Shown: positions 19,555-30,023, counted from the stretch's first letter. The stretch: DNA of 64,000 nt from an uncultured delta proteobacterium (GCA_963772835.1 CAVYYZ010000002.1:1-64000), one strand, 5' to 3'. Made by a program: numbers and translations. Notes: generated by a model from the letters alone, not told the origin.

Positions 19555-19992
19555 TTATTTCTTTAAAATCAGGCCGGCCCCGGCCATGAGTAAGGCGACC
19601 CCGACCGCCCGCTTGCTGTCCAGTGGGATAGTGCGGAAACCGAAGAGACCGAAATGGTCCAATATCACGCTTGTGGTCAGCTGAGCGCAGATAACTGCCG
19701 CCATCGCCGCCGTTGTGCCGATGCGGGGTATGGCGATAATGGTCATCGTGACGAAAAAAGCGCCGAGGATGCCGCCGGTGAATTCCCACAGGGAGCCGTT
19801 CGCGACACCCTTAAGAGATCCCTTGCCGGCAAACAGCACCACCGCCGCAAGAAACAGCGTACCGACGGCAAAAGAGATCAGGGAGCTTTCAAGCGCACCG
19901 ACCTTCTGGGCCAGCCGACCGTTTATGGAGGGTTGAATCGCAATGGCGATGCCGCCCAGGAACATCAGGAAAAGCAGAGAGATCTGGTTCAT
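19555..19992 (-). CDS. DMT-family transporter (YdcZ/DUF606-like)
   Basis: QPSINGRL, SFAVG, GGILGA and LDHFGLFG; five hydrophobic segments. Confidence 0.88.
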   Translation of the reverse strand: MNQISLLFLMFLGGIAIAIQPSINGRLAQKVGALESSLISFAVGTLFLAAVVLFAGKGSLKGVANGSLWEFTGGILGAFFVTMTIIAIPRIGTTAAMAAVICAQLTTSVILDHFGLFGFRTIPLDSKRAVGVALLMAGAGLILKK

Positions 19993-20017
19993 CCGGCGTC
20001 CTCCTTCTAAAAATGAA

Positions 20018-20860
20018 TCATTCCCGGATCATCAGTGCCACCGGTCGATATATCCGGTACGCGCCGCCGGTAATTCCTGCGAGGTTTATGTCACCCGTTA
20101 TCACACTTCTGATGCCTCCTACATTCTGGTGCGCCAGAATATAGTTCTTTTTGCCAAGAACTTTGTAGATGACAGCTGTGTGGTCAGGTGTGCCCCAGGT
20201 TTCACGCTTCGTGACTCCACCGGGCAGATGCCCGGTTATCGTGACAGAGCGGAACTGAATTATATCCCCCGCCTTGATCTCGTCGGTTTCCGGGTTCAGG
20301 TGAAGTCCGAAAGCAGTCGGGCGTGACCAGTCTGCGAGATTCAAATCAAGAGCCTGTTGGGCGAGATCCCAGCACTCGCCGCGACCTACCGTGGTGCCCA
20401 TCACCCTGTCGACAAAGTTGATTATTCTGTCATTGAGTTCTCTGCGGTGTAAGCCGGCCGGGAGCGCTTTTTTTACCGTATAGGTAAAAAAGCCCAGCCC
20501 CTCAAAACTCAGTGAACCGCTTTGCCTGCTGCCGGAGAGCTTTATGGTATAGGTGCCGGCACCATCTTTGATAAGGTAGCGGACGTGGAACGATCCGTCG
20601 GCCGCAAGGGGGACTGGATTAGTCTGTGATCTCCCGTTATTTTTTGCAACCGTTACGACCAACGTCTTTAGCGGGGTGGATCCGGACAGCTTTATACTTG
20701 ATGAATTGTCGAGGGGTATGGGATCGAGGTTTAGTTTGCCATCACCCCCGGCATACCAGTTTATTGCGGCGGTGTCAGCCTGCGCAGACACTGATATGGC
20801 AAGGGTCATAACGACCAGAAAGACCGGAATTAAAAGCGTAAGAACGCGAAATTTTGACAT
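20018..20860 (-). CDS. Secreted protein with beta-rich N-domain and C-terminal Cys-His papain/CHAP-like domain
   Basis: Signal peptide (SAQA-D); GRGECWDLA, AGDIIQF, PDHTAVI and HQNV. Confidence 0.7.
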   Translation of the reverse strand: MSKFRVLTLLIPVFLVVMTLAISVSAQADTAAINWYAGGDGKLNLDPIPLDNSSSIKLSGSTPLKTLVVTVAKNNGRSQTNPVPLAADGSFHVRYLIKDGAGTYTIKLSGSRQSGSLSFEGLGFFTYTVKKALPAGLHRRELNDRIINFVDRVMGTTVGRGECWDLAQQALDLNLADWSRPTAFGLHLNPETDEIKAGDIIQFRSVTITGHLPGGVTKRETWGTPDHTAVIYKVLGKKNYILAHQNVGGIRSVITGDINLAGITGGAYRIYRPVALMIRE

Positions 20861-21277
20861 AATATCCTCGCCGGTCTGTGGAGTCCCGGGTACGTTTTTC
20901 GATTCACATCTACCCTCCCCTGCAACGCCAGTTTCACCGTTTCCGGTCCACGATAAAACCTGTAACAGCATACCCGGTGAACTTCCGGAGGGTGAACCTG
21001 GTTCGAAAGAAAGCATTTCATGATGCGTGTTCCATTGTACAGCTATTTACGTGATAAACGATAGTAAGTACGTCATCAAAAGACAATAAACTGTTCAGGG
21101 ATGAAACATTTTGTTTGTAGTACACCTCATAACAGGAGTAAATTAGTCCTATGGAACTTGTTATGTTTGAGGCGTTATTTCAGGGCACTGAAAAGGTGTG
21201 CTTTCCCTGGAGCAGTGGCCTTCTCCCCGTATAAATAGACCGGTGTAACGGGGGAACGTCATTGTGTTTCCGGGACC

Positions 21278-21967
21278 ATGAGCTATACTGTTACTTTGAT
21301 GAAAACATCTGATCTTCATACACGGCTGGTTTACTACAGCGAGAGGGAAGAGCTGGTTAACCGCTGTACCCACGGTTTCGGTGCAGTGGCCGGCCTGTTC
21401 GGGGCGATAGCCCTGATCATTCTCGCCTCCCGGCAGCACGACAGTTACCGTGTTGTGAGCGCCTGCATATACGGCGTGTCGATGGTCATCTTCTATTGCC
21501 TGTCTACCGCCTATCACAGCGTGCGCACCCCCTCCACCCGGTATATCTTCCGCATTCTCGACCACGCCAGCATCTACCTGATGATTGCGGGGAGCTACAC
21601 CCCGTTTGCCCTGGTAACCATGCGGGGGCCCTGGGGGTGGTCGCTGTTCGGTACGGTCTGGGGCCTGGGAACGGTGGGGGCGGTCATGAAGATCTTCACA
21701 ACCCATCGACTGCGCTTTATCGGGCCGATGCTCTACATCGCTCTGGGATGGATCGTGGTGATCGCCTTGAAACCTCTTTCCGCGGCGCTCCCGGCAGATG
21801 GCCTGCTGCTGCTGTTTGCCGGCGGAGTGGCCTACACCGCCGGAGTCATTTTTTACCTCTGGGACAGACTCCCTTACAATCACGCAATCTGGCATCTCTT
21901 CGTCCTGACCGGCAGCGCATGCCACTTCTGCTCAATTTTCTATTATGTGATGCCGCGCCCTCTCTAG
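21278..21967 (+). CDS. Hemolysin III / PAQR family membrane protein
   Basis: EELVNRCTH, STAYH, DHASIYLMIAGSYTP and HAIWHLFV. The start may be 21299. Confidence 0.92.
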   Translation: MSYTVTLMKTSDLHTRLVYYSEREELVNRCTHGFGAVAGLFGAIALIILASRQHDSYRVVSACIYGVSMVIFYCLSTAYHSVRTPSTRYIFRILDHASIYLMIAGSYTPFALVTMRGPWGWSLFGTVWGLGTVGAVMKIFTTHRLRFIGPMLYIALGWIVVIALKPLSAALPADGLLLLFAGGVAYTAGVIFYLWDRLPYNHAIWHLFVLTGSACHFCSIFYYVMPRPL

Positions 21968-22100
21968 TGCAGTTCGTCACACGGGCAGCTTCGGCCGGCA
22001 AATACAGACGGCTGATATGCACCATCGCCCGGCAATGTACGTACACGTTGAAATATGATACAGGTACATACCGGTAGAACAGTCACCCGACGGAGTAACC

Positions 22101-22781
22101 ATGCCCACCCTCGAAGCCCGCTCTGTTTCAAAGACATACACGATCAACAACCGCAGGATGGCCGTCCTTGACGACATCTCCCTCAGCGTTGCAGAAGGCG
22201 AATTCCTGGTCATCAAAGGTGAAAGCGGCAGCGGCAAATCAACACTCCTCTCGATCCTCTCGGGTCTTGACCGTCCCGATACCGGCCGGATCCTGCTGGT
22301 CGGCCGGGATATCACCGATCTCCCCGAAGACAACCTTGCACCGCTCAGAAACGCCACTTTCGGTTTTGTGTTTCAATCGTTCCACCTGATCCCGTCACTC
22401 ACGGCTCGCGAAAACGTCATGTTCCCGGCCGAACTTCGCAAAGATCCTCTCGCACGGGAAAAAGCCGATCAGCTCCTTGAGCGGGTGGGACTTACCGGTA
22501 GAGCTTCCAGCTTTCCCCATCAGCTTTCCGGCGGTGAGAAACAGCGCTGCGCACTCTGCCGGGCTTTGGTCAACGGGCCGCAGATTCTTTTTGCCGACGA
22601 ACCGACCGGCAATCTCGATCTGTCAAACGGCAGAGAAGTTCTGGAACTGCTTCGTGAACTGCATGGTGAACGTCACACAACGTTGATCCTCGTTACCCAC
22701 AGCCTGGAGATCGCCCACAGCGCAGACCGGGTCATCACACTCCGGGACGGCAGGATAGTCGCCGACTCCGAACATGTTTAA
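22101..22781 (+). CDS. ABC transporter ATP-binding protein (YbbA/LolD-like)
   Basis: GESGSGKST, LSGGEKQR and ADEPTGNLD. Confidence 0.93.
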   Translation: MPTLEARSVSKTYTINNRRMAVLDDISLSVAEGEFLVIKGESGSGKSTLLSILSGLDRPDTGRILLVGRDITDLPEDNLAPLRNATFGFVFQSFHLIPSLTARENVMFPAELRKDPLAREKADQLLERVGLTGRASSFPHQLSGGEKQRCALCRALVNGPQILFADEPTGNLDLSNGREVLELLRELHGERHTTLILVTHSLEIAHSADRVITLRDGRIVADSEHV

Positions 22782-25269
22782 CCTGCGCCTCCTCCTCCGG
22801 CAGATTCGAAGTGCTCTGCGCCTGTCAACCGTCTTCGTGCTTTGTGTCGGACTTTCCGTCGTTACTCTGGTTTCCCTGGGGAGCTTCAGCCGGAGCGTCC
22901 ACTCTTCACTCCTGCGGGACGCCCGCATGCTTCATGCTGCCGACATAATTATCAGGGCCCACTCCCCGTTCTCGATCGCTCTTACCAGGGAGGTCGCCAG
23001 GCGACAAAGTCAAAATGAAATTGAAACCGCCCGCGTCTATGAATTCTACTCCGTAGTACGCACGATGAACAACAAAGGGTCTCTGCTTTCCGACCTGAAA
23101 ATTGTCGAGCCGGACTATCCATTCTATGGCGCCGTAGTACTGGCCTCCGGGAGGCCGTTTCGTGATGTTCTGACTGCGGGCGGCGCCGTTGTTGAGCGGC
23201 AGCTTCTGGACCGCCTGCGCCTTCGGGTGGGCGACAAACTCCGTATCGGCAGTACTGTCCTGACCATCCGGGATGTACTGGTGACGGAACCTGACCGGCC
23301 GGTTGACCTTTTTGCCCTCGGCCCGCGCATCTTTATCGCGGCGACGGATCTCGCCTCACTGGAACTGGTAGGAACGGGGAGCAGAGTACATTACTCAATC
23401 CTTGCCAAAGTACGGGATCAGGGGGGGATCGATCGTATTGCCGAAGAGCTGGGACGCTCGGCAGTCACGGACCGGGAGCACGTGGAGACGTACCGGACGG
23501 CCGGATCAGGGGTGAAGCGGTTCTTCGATAATCTGATTTTTTTCCTCAATCTTATTGGAATCTTCACCCTGCTGCTGGCGGGGATCGGCATTCAGAGCAC
23601 CCTGACCGCCCTGATTAAAGAGCAGGAGCGGACCATCGCAATCATGAAGGCGGTGGGGGCCGGAAGCCGCTTTATCCGCACTCATTATTTTGCCCTTGCT
23701 TTCGCTCTCGGCCTGATCGGGACGATGTGCGGCCTGGCGGCCAGTTTTCTCCTGCAGCCGCTTTTCCCGGCGCTGTTCAGGGGGCTGCTCCCTGCCGCAG
23801 TCGAATTGACGGTCTCCGGGAGCGCAGTAGCCGAAGGCCTGATTCTCGGGTTACTGACAGTGCTTCTCTTTACCGCCCTGCCGATCTACCGGCTCGGGGA
23901 GCTGAAGCCCCGGGCCATTTTCGGCAAAGACGAACAGCGGGCCACACGCGGAATCCCGACATGGATAACCGCCGGCACCACCGTCTTTTTCCTGCTTGTC
24001 ATGGTTTTCTGGCGGATCCAGGAGGTGAAAACCAGCCTCTATTTTGTTCTCGGGGTTGTGCTGCTCATCATCGTTTCCCTGCTCTGCGCCGAAGGGATCA
24101 TGTACCTGCTGAGAAAAATGCAGCCGCGAAATCTGATCCTGCGGCAGGCGATGAAGGGGCTCTTTCGTCCCGGCAATGCCACGAGATCGACTATTGTAAC
24201 CTTGACCGCTTCCCTGGCAGTGATCTTTTGCATCACCCTCGTAGAAAAAAATCTGGACACGGCCTTTATCCGGTCATACCCTCCCAAGGCGCCCAACCTC
24301 TTCTTCATCGACATTCAGCCAGGGCAGAAGGACGCCTTCGTCCGGGAGCTCGGCATGGACACGATCCTCTACCCCATCATCAGGGGATCAATTATCGCCG
24401 TTAACGGCGTTGCGATTGACCGGGAGAAAGAGCGCCAGAAACGGGGTGACAACCTGGGGCGCGAATTCAACCTGACCTACCGGGAACAACTTTTGGAGGA
24501 TGAGAAGATTATTACCGGCAGCAGCCTCTTCCGCAAGGATTGGTCCGGGTTACAGGTGTCGGTTCTGGACACGGTTTTGAATATGCACGATATGCAGATC
24601 GGTGATACCATCACATTCCGTATTCAGGGCATTCCGATGGCCGCACGGATCTCGAGCATCCGCACAAATTCCAGGGAGATGCTGCAGCCCTACTTTTATT
24701 TCGTATTTCCGGACACCGCTCTCAATGACGCCCCCCAGACCCTGTTCGCAGCGGTCAGGGTGGAAAAGGAACGTATAGCACCGCTTCAGAACCGTATAGT
24801 GGCTGATTTTCCCAACATTACGGCCGTTAACGTGACGGAGACGGCAGCGGTTTTTGCCGGCATCATGGGGAAACTCTCGACGATTGTCCGTTTCTTTACG
24901 CTCTTTAGTGTTGTCGCCGGAATCCTTATTATTGTCAGTTCAATCTTTGCCACGCGCCATGCCCGAATTCTGGAATCGGTCTACTTCACTGTTCTCGGGG
25001 CACGGGGGAGATTCGTTATCACTGTTTTTGCCGCAGAGAACCTGTGTCTCGGGGTTGCAAGCGCCGCAAGCGCCCTGATTCTTGCCCAGACCGCCAGCTG
25101 GGGCATCTGCCGGTTTGCCCTCGGCGTCACCTGGCGCCCCTTCGCCGGCATCAGCTCCCTGATGGCACTGGCCACGACGCTGCTGGTCATCGCCGTTGGA
25201 CTCGGAGCCTCGCTCGCGATCCTGAACGTAAAACCGGCGGTGTTCCTGCGGGAACAGGCGGACGAATGA
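22774..25269 (+). CDS. ABC transporter permease (YbbP/FtsX-like, duplicated)
   Basis: YPFYG, PNLFFIDIQP and REFNLTY motifs; multiple TM segments. Confidence 0.9.
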   Translation: MFNLRLLLRQIRSALRLSTVFVLCVGLSVVTLVSLGSFSRSVHSSLLRDARMLHAADIIIRAHSPFSIALTREVARRQSQNEIETARVYEFYSVVRTMNNKGSLLSDLKIVEPDYPFYGAVVLASGRPFRDVLTAGGAVVERQLLDRLRLRVGDKLRIGSTVLTIRDVLVTEPDRPVDLFALGPRIFIAATDLASLELVGTGSRVHYSILAKVRDQGGIDRIAEELGRSAVTDREHVETYRTAGSGVKRFFDNLIFFLNLIGIFTLLLAGIGIQSTLTALIKEQERTIAIMKAVGAGSRFIRTHYFALAFALGLIGTMCGLAASFLLQPLFPALFRGLLPAAVELTVSGSAVAEGLILGLLTVLLFTALPIYRLGELKPRAIFGKDEQRATRGIPTWITAGTTVFFLLVMVFWRIQEVKTSLYFVLGVVLLIIVSLLCAEGIMYLLRKMQPRNLILRQAMKGLFRPGNATRSTIVTLTASLAVIFCITLVEKNLDTAFIRSYPPKAPNLFFIDIQPGQKDAFVRELGMDTILYPIIRGSIIAVNGVAIDREKERQKRGDNLGREFNLTYREQLLEDEKIITGSSLFRKDWSGLQVSVLDTVLNMHDMQIGDTITFRIQGIPMAARISSIRTNSREMLQPYFYFVFPDTALNDAPQTLFAAVRVEKERIAPLQNRIVADFPNITAVNVTETAAVFAGIMGKLSTIVRFFTLFSVVAGILIIVSSIFATRHARILESVYFTVLGARGRFVITVFAAENLCLGVASAASALILAQTASWGICRFALGVTWRPFAGISSLMALATTLLVIAVGLGASLAILNVKPAVFLREQADE

Positions 25270-25313
25270 TCCGGTCCCACCCGGAATGTGACATGTTTGA
25301 ACGGGAGAAATTG

Positions 25314-25991
25314 ATGTCAATAGTACTGCGGGCCTCTTCTCTGGCTGCCATACTTCTCACCCTGCTCTGCGGCTGTGAACGTCGCCCATCGCCGCCTCCG
25401 GCATCACCTCCCGCGACCCAAACGCAGCAGACCTTCAAAGGAACCATTGTTGCCGTCGGTGACAGCCTCACTGCCGGGTATGGGGTCAATGAAGCGGATG
25501 CCTATCCGGCCCGGTTGGAGAAAAAACTGCAGGCGGCAGGTTTCAACTGGCGGGTCGTTAACGCCGGAATCAGCGGCGAGACAAGCAGCGGCACGCTTTC
25601 GCGGGTTAACTGGGTGCTCAGACTCAAACCGGATATCGTCATCCTGGAAACCGGAGCCAATGACGGGCTGCGCGGCATCGATCCGCAGGTAACGAAAAAG
25701 AACATCGCCGAAACGGTCCGTATCCTTAAGGAGAAGCGGGTCACGGTGATTCTGGCCGGCATGCGCATGGTCACCAGTATGGGACGGGACTACACGTCTG
25801 AATTTGCAGCCATATTCCCCGCCGTGGCGAACATGCATGACCTTGTTCTGATCCCGTTCTTCCTGCAGGGTGTGGCGGGCGTCCCGCACCTTATCCAGGG
25901 CGACGGTTTACACCCCGTTGCAGAAGGATACCGGATTATTACCGATATGATCTATCCGTACGTACTGCCGGTCCTTTCATCACAACCATGA
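25314..25991 (+). CDS. SGNH arylesterase / TesA-like lipoprotein
   Basis: LCG-C lipobox; GDSL, NAGISG, GANDG and DGLHP blocks. Confidence 0.92.
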   Translation: MSIVLRASSLAAILLTLLCGCERRPSPPPASPPATQTQQTFKGTIVAVGDSLTAGYGVNEADAYPARLEKKLQAAGFNWRVVNAGISGETSSGTLSRVNWVLRLKPDIVILETGANDGLRGIDPQVTKKNIAETVRILKEKRVTVILAGMRMVTSMGRDYTSEFAAIFPAVANMHDLVLIPFFLQGVAGVPHLIQGDGLHPVAEGYRIITDMIYPYVLPVLSSQP

Positions 25992-26256
25992 ATGTAAAAT
26001 CTGTTTTTCTTTCAGGTGTGTGCCTGAACGGCAACCGGCATACGAACGAACCGTGGATACGTGTTACTCCGGATTATGGAGCGGCTTTTCCTTTTTGCTG
26101 TTTCCGGAATCTATGATACTCTCCCATTCCGGATTCAGAAAACAGGATTGAAATGTTTCATGGATTGATTCATCCGTTTTTCCCACTGTACAATAGTTGA
26201 TTGTTTTTAGCCTGTTACAGCACCAGCCAGACCGATTACCTCCATATCGACACCAG

Positions 26257-26289
26257 AGGGTTACGGCATTGAAGCGGTAGCCCTTTTTG
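26257..26289 (+). terminator. Rho-independent terminator upstream of selD
   Basis: AGGGTTAC-GGCATTGAAGCG-GTAGCCCT-TTTT. Confidence 0.6.
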
Positions 26290-26384
26290 TATTATCCAAC
26301 GCGTGAATGGTATCCCCACAATGTGACCGCTTCAGGCTGTGCACACGGAGAGCCATCCACCCGACCGCTCAGGAGAATCTTTTC

Positions 26385-27455
26385 ATGACCGACGAAACCA
26401 TACGCCTCACGCAGACCGTCAAGGGAGCGGGATGCGCCGCCAAACTGTCCCCCGGCGACCTCGACCGGGCGCTCTGCGGGCTCGATCTGCCTGTAGACCC
26501 GAATCTCCTGGTCGGCCTCGATCAGGCGGATGATGCCGGAGTCTACCGGGTCTCGGATGAGCTCGCCCTGGTGCAGACGATCGATTTCTTTCCACCGATG
26601 GTCGACGACCCCTACAGCTTCGGCCAGATCGCCGCCGCCAACGCTCTGAGTGATATCTACGCCATGGGGGGGGTTCCGAAGACTGCAATGAATATTGTGG
26701 CGTTTCCGGCAAAGACGATGGACATCTCTATCCTGCGCTCGGTCATCGAAGGGGGCCTGGACAAAATGCGTGAGGCCGGGGTCGTGCTGGTCGGCGGACA
26801 CACCGTGGAGGACAGCGAGCTGAAGTATGGCCTCTCGGTGACCGGCTACATTCACCCCGCACGCATCCTGACCAAAAAGAACCTGCAGACCGGTGACCGC
26901 CTGATCCTGACCAAACCGGTCGGCACGGGGATCATCTCTACCGCCATCAAGGCCGGGTGTGCCGATCAGGCGTTGACAGACAGGGTCACAGGGGCTATGG
27001 CGACCTTGAACCGGGATGCGGCCACTATCATGCAGGAGTTTCCGGTGCACGCCTGCACGGACATAACCGGTTTCGGCTTTCTGGGGCATCTCGCCGAAAT
27101 GGTGGTGGGTTCAGGTCACGGCGTGCGAATATCGGCCGGCGATATCCCGATGTATCCGGAGGCGCTGGAGTGGGCAGCCATGGGATTGATCCCGGCTGCT
27201 GCCTATAACAACAAAAACTTCAGGGGGACTTTTGTCGATTTTTCTGCAGCCGTCCCCCAGAACGTTCAGGACATCCTCTTTGACCCGCAGACATCCGGCG
27301 GACTGCTGATTGCGGTTGCGCCCGGAGAAGCGGACAGGCTCGTTGCCGCCCTGCAGAAGAAGGGTATCGGGTGTGCGGCGATAGTCGGCGAAGTTGTTGC
27401 CGGGCCGGTCGACAGGATTGTTGTGGAATACACGTACGAAAGGAACAGTATATGA
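26385..27455 (+). CDS. selD: Selenide, water dikinase (selenophosphate synthetase), Cys form
   Basis: GAGCAAK, DDAGVY, ANALSDIYAMGG, GGHT, TDITGFG and DPQTSGGLL. Confidence 0.96.
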   Translation: MTDETIRLTQTVKGAGCAAKLSPGDLDRALCGLDLPVDPNLLVGLDQADDAGVYRVSDELALVQTIDFFPPMVDDPYSFGQIAAANALSDIYAMGGVPKTAMNIVAFPAKTMDISILRSVIEGGLDKMREAGVVLVGGHTVEDSELKYGLSVTGYIHPARILTKKNLQTGDRLILTKPVGTGIISTAIKAGCADQALTDRVTGAMATLNRDAATIMQEFPVHACTDITGFGFLGHLAEMVVGSGHGVRISAGDIPMYPEALEWAAMGLIPAAAYNNKNFRGTFVDFSAAVPQNVQDILFDPQTSGGLLIAVAPGEADRLVAALQKKGIGCAAIVGEVVAGPVDRIVVEYTYERNSI

Positions 27456-28066
27456 AAAACGAACTGGACTGCAGGGGCATGAACTGTCCCGCCCCCGTAT
27501 TGCATGTCAGGGATGCTGTCGAAAAGGACCATCCGGCCGCGATAACGGTTATTGTCGACAACGAGGCGGCCCGGCAGAACGTCACCCGATTCCTTGAACA
27601 CCGGAACTACCGGGTCGATTCTGAGATGCAGGGGGGAGAGTACCGGGTTGTCGGCACGAAAGGCGGCGGCATGGATACTCCGGAGAAAACACCCCCGGTG
27701 CCTGCAGTGAAAGAACCGGAGACCGGAACGAAGAAGATCATGGTGCTGGTCACGAGTGTTCATATGGGTCATGGCGATGACGGTCTTGGGGATATGCTGA
27801 TGTTTAATTTCCTGAAAACCCTGAAAGAGATGGGGCCGGATCTCTGGTGCGTTACCTTCGTCAACAGCGGCGTCAGTTTTACCGCGGCAGGTTCTGAAGC
27901 TGTGCCTATATTACAGGAACTGGCCGGAAACGGTGTTCAGATCCGGGCATGCGGCGCCTGCCTGGCGTATTTCCATATTCTGGACAGGATGCAGGTCGGT
28001 GAGGTCACGAACATGCTCGAAATTGTCACCGGTATGCAGCAAGCCGACAGCGTTGTCACGATCTGA
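27452..28066 (+). CDS. yedF: Selenium metabolism sulfurtransferase-like protein (TusA/SirA + DsrE domains)
   Basis: LDCRGMNCPAPV, ACGACL and VGEVTNM; ATGA overlap with selD. Confidence 0.88.
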   Translation: MKNELDCRGMNCPAPVLHVRDAVEKDHPAAITVIVDNEAARQNVTRFLEHRNYRVDSEMQGGEYRVVGTKGGGMDTPEKTPPVPAVKEPETGTKKIMVLVTSVHMGHGDDGLGDMLMFNFLKTLKEMGPDLWCVTFVNSGVSFTAAGSEAVPILQELAGNGVQIRACGACLAYFHILDRMQVGEVTNMLEIVTGMQQADSVVTI

Positions 28067-28096
28067 CCCGTACGGACCGCGAATCAGGAGAAACAG

Positions 28097-29125
28097 ATGC
28101 CCGAAAAGATTACTTTTACTCCTGAACTGATTGATACCCACTGCCTGATTGATGTGAGGACCCCGCTGGAGTTCGAGGAGGACCACATCCCCGGCGCGAT
28201 AAACGTTCCTCTGCTGACCAACGGGGAGCGTGCGGAAGTGGGGACCATCTACAAGCAGATCGGCCCTGTCGAGGCCCGCAGGAGGGGACTGGAGCTGACC
28301 TGTTCCCGCTTTTACGACATTGTTGACCGGATTGTCTCAGCGTCTGCCGGCAGGCCGGTTGTCGTCTATTGCTGGCGTGGAGGGTTGCGCAGCCAATCCG
28401 TCGCCATGCTGGTCGAGACGTGCGGAACTCCTGCCTGGCAGCTCGCCGGCGGGTACAAATCCTTTCGCGCCCGGGTGGTCGATTATTTTGAACGGTGTGA
28501 CTTTCCTTCGCCGCTGGTCGTTCTGCACGGGATGACCGGTACCGGTAAGACCGAATTTATCAACGGCCTGAACCCTCTGAAATGGTCAACTGTTGATCTT
28601 GAAGGTGCCGCCTGCCACAGGGGATCCGCCTTTGGCGCCCTCGGACTGGAGCAGGATTTCACCCAGAAACATTTTGAAACGACACTGTGGGATATCTTCA
28701 GAAAACTGCCGGCCGGCACTCCCATTGTGCTGGAGGGTGAGAGCCAGCGCATCGGAAAGTACTCTCTGCCGGGGGGGCTGTACCAACGCATGGCGGAGAG
28801 CTGCAGGATATGGTGCCATGCCTCTATTGAAACCCGCATCCAGAGACTTACGGACGAGTACGCCCGCCCCGAGTATCGGGGAGAGATGCTGGATGCCCTT
28901 GAGCGAATCAGAAAAAAACTCGGCGGCACCCGATATGCCGATTTGAAACTCATGATCGAAGAGTGGAACGTGGGGGGTATCGCCCGGGGGTTGATTGAAG
29001 GGTACTACGACAAGATGTACTACAAACACCGTCCCTGGACACCGGATCTGGAAATGGAGCTGGAAGACTACGGGCGGGCGGAAAACGAGCTGGAAACCTT
29101 TCTGGCCGCACGAGCAGAAATGTGA
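28097..29125 (+). CDS. selU: tRNA 2-selenouridine synthase
   Basis: Rhodanese DVRTP.EF, YCWRGGLRS, GMTGTGKT, HRGSAFG and EGES.RIG. Confidence 0.95.
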   Translation: MPEKITFTPELIDTHCLIDVRTPLEFEEDHIPGAINVPLLTNGERAEVGTIYKQIGPVEARRRGLELTCSRFYDIVDRIVSASAGRPVVVYCWRGGLRSQSVAMLVETCGTPAWQLAGGYKSFRARVVDYFERCDFPSPLVVLHGMTGTGKTEFINGLNPLKWSTVDLEGAACHRGSAFGALGLEQDFTQKHFETTLWDIFRKLPAGTPIVLEGESQRIGKYSLPGGLYQRMAESCRIWCHASIETRIQRLTDEYARPEYRGEMLDALERIRKKLGGTRYADLKLMIEEWNVGGIARGLIEGYYDKMYYKHRPWTPDLEMELEDYGRAENELETFLAARAEM

Positions 29126-29177
29126 CAACCGGCCGGTGGGTCTGCCGCCCCCCGGCCGGTTATGCAGCTGTTACACA

Positions 29178-29585
29178 TTAATGCGCAAATGACTGGCGGT
29201 ATTTGTTGATCTCCCTGATCAACTCGGTCCGGTCGAAATAAATTTCATTCCGCTTGATTTTTCCCTCACCATTAAACTGCAGAAAACAGAGCCCGACACA
29301 CTCCACAATTTTCTCTCCGACCGGAATACAGGCGGATAATTTCCCGAGAAAGCCATCCTCAATCGGAATCGTTTCAACCAGAGACCAGACCCAGGTTGGA
29401 TTGTTGCTTGTTACCTTGGTGAAATAGGCGATCAGCTGTTCTTTGCCCTGAATCCCCTGCGGGCGGCCCGGATCCAGAAAAAAAGCATTTTCTGCATAAA
29501 AATCGGCCAGTTCGATGGGACGGTTTCCTGTCCAGGCCTGCAGCCATCGGGCTGCAAACTCTTTCGCTTCTGATTGTGTCATCAT
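29178..29585 (-). CDS. SnoaL/NTF2-like domain protein
   Basis: WLQAWTGN, FYAENA..DP and GKIKRNEIYFDR; AAGGAG RBS. Confidence 0.85.
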   Translation of the reverse strand: MMTQSEAKEFAARWLQAWTGNRPIELADFYAENAFFLDPGRPQGIQGKEQLIAYFTKVTSNNPTWVWSLVETIPIEDGFLGKLSACIPVGEKIVECVGLCFLQFNGEGKIKRNEIYFDRTELIREINKYRQSFAH

Positions 29586-29994
29586 AATCCCAACTCCTTG
29601 CATATAGTATTCGAATTCAATCACTCCGTTCAGGCACTTTCGAAAGGTAGCGTTAGAGCCATACAAATACAAGCGGTTTTTCTCCTGCAGAGCCCTGAGT
29701 CTCATTATTTCTGCAATTATCCGATGAATTATTGACGTAAGCGGCGATATATCCGTTCAGCTGGATGATTGTAACGGAACATGATTTTGAAGCTGCGCGG
29801 GCCGTAATTGCCGGCATCCCGTCTGCACCGGTCATATGGTAACTACCATGCAACACACTATAATTATGTGACAATTGCGGACATGGTCACTTATGCCGGC
29901 ATCGACAGAGCCGTCTATTCCGGCGGCAATAGACGTACGAGTCACGTATAACAGCACGGACTCATGCTGTGATATAAATTTGTTTTATTTACGG

Positions 29995-30023
29995 TTGACA
30001 TGAACGTAAAAGGAATATACTCT
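29995..30023 (+). promoter_or_regulatory. Sigma70 promoter with LiuR-like operator over the -35
   Basis: TTGACATGAACGTAAA-AGGAATA-TACTCT (17-nt spacer); the 16-mer is identical at 35765. Confidence 0.75.

Noticed and set aside
21161..21925. Long antisense or alternate-frame ORFs (e.g. 21161-21925, 26292-27089, 57836-58819, 58841-59965)
   Set aside because: They are shadows of well-supported genes in GC-rich DNA and have no motifs.
26433..26435. Selenocysteine recoding in selD or at the TGA ending the first livK fragment
   Set aside because: The selD codon is TGC, and the livK continuation is in a different frame, so read-through would not restore it.
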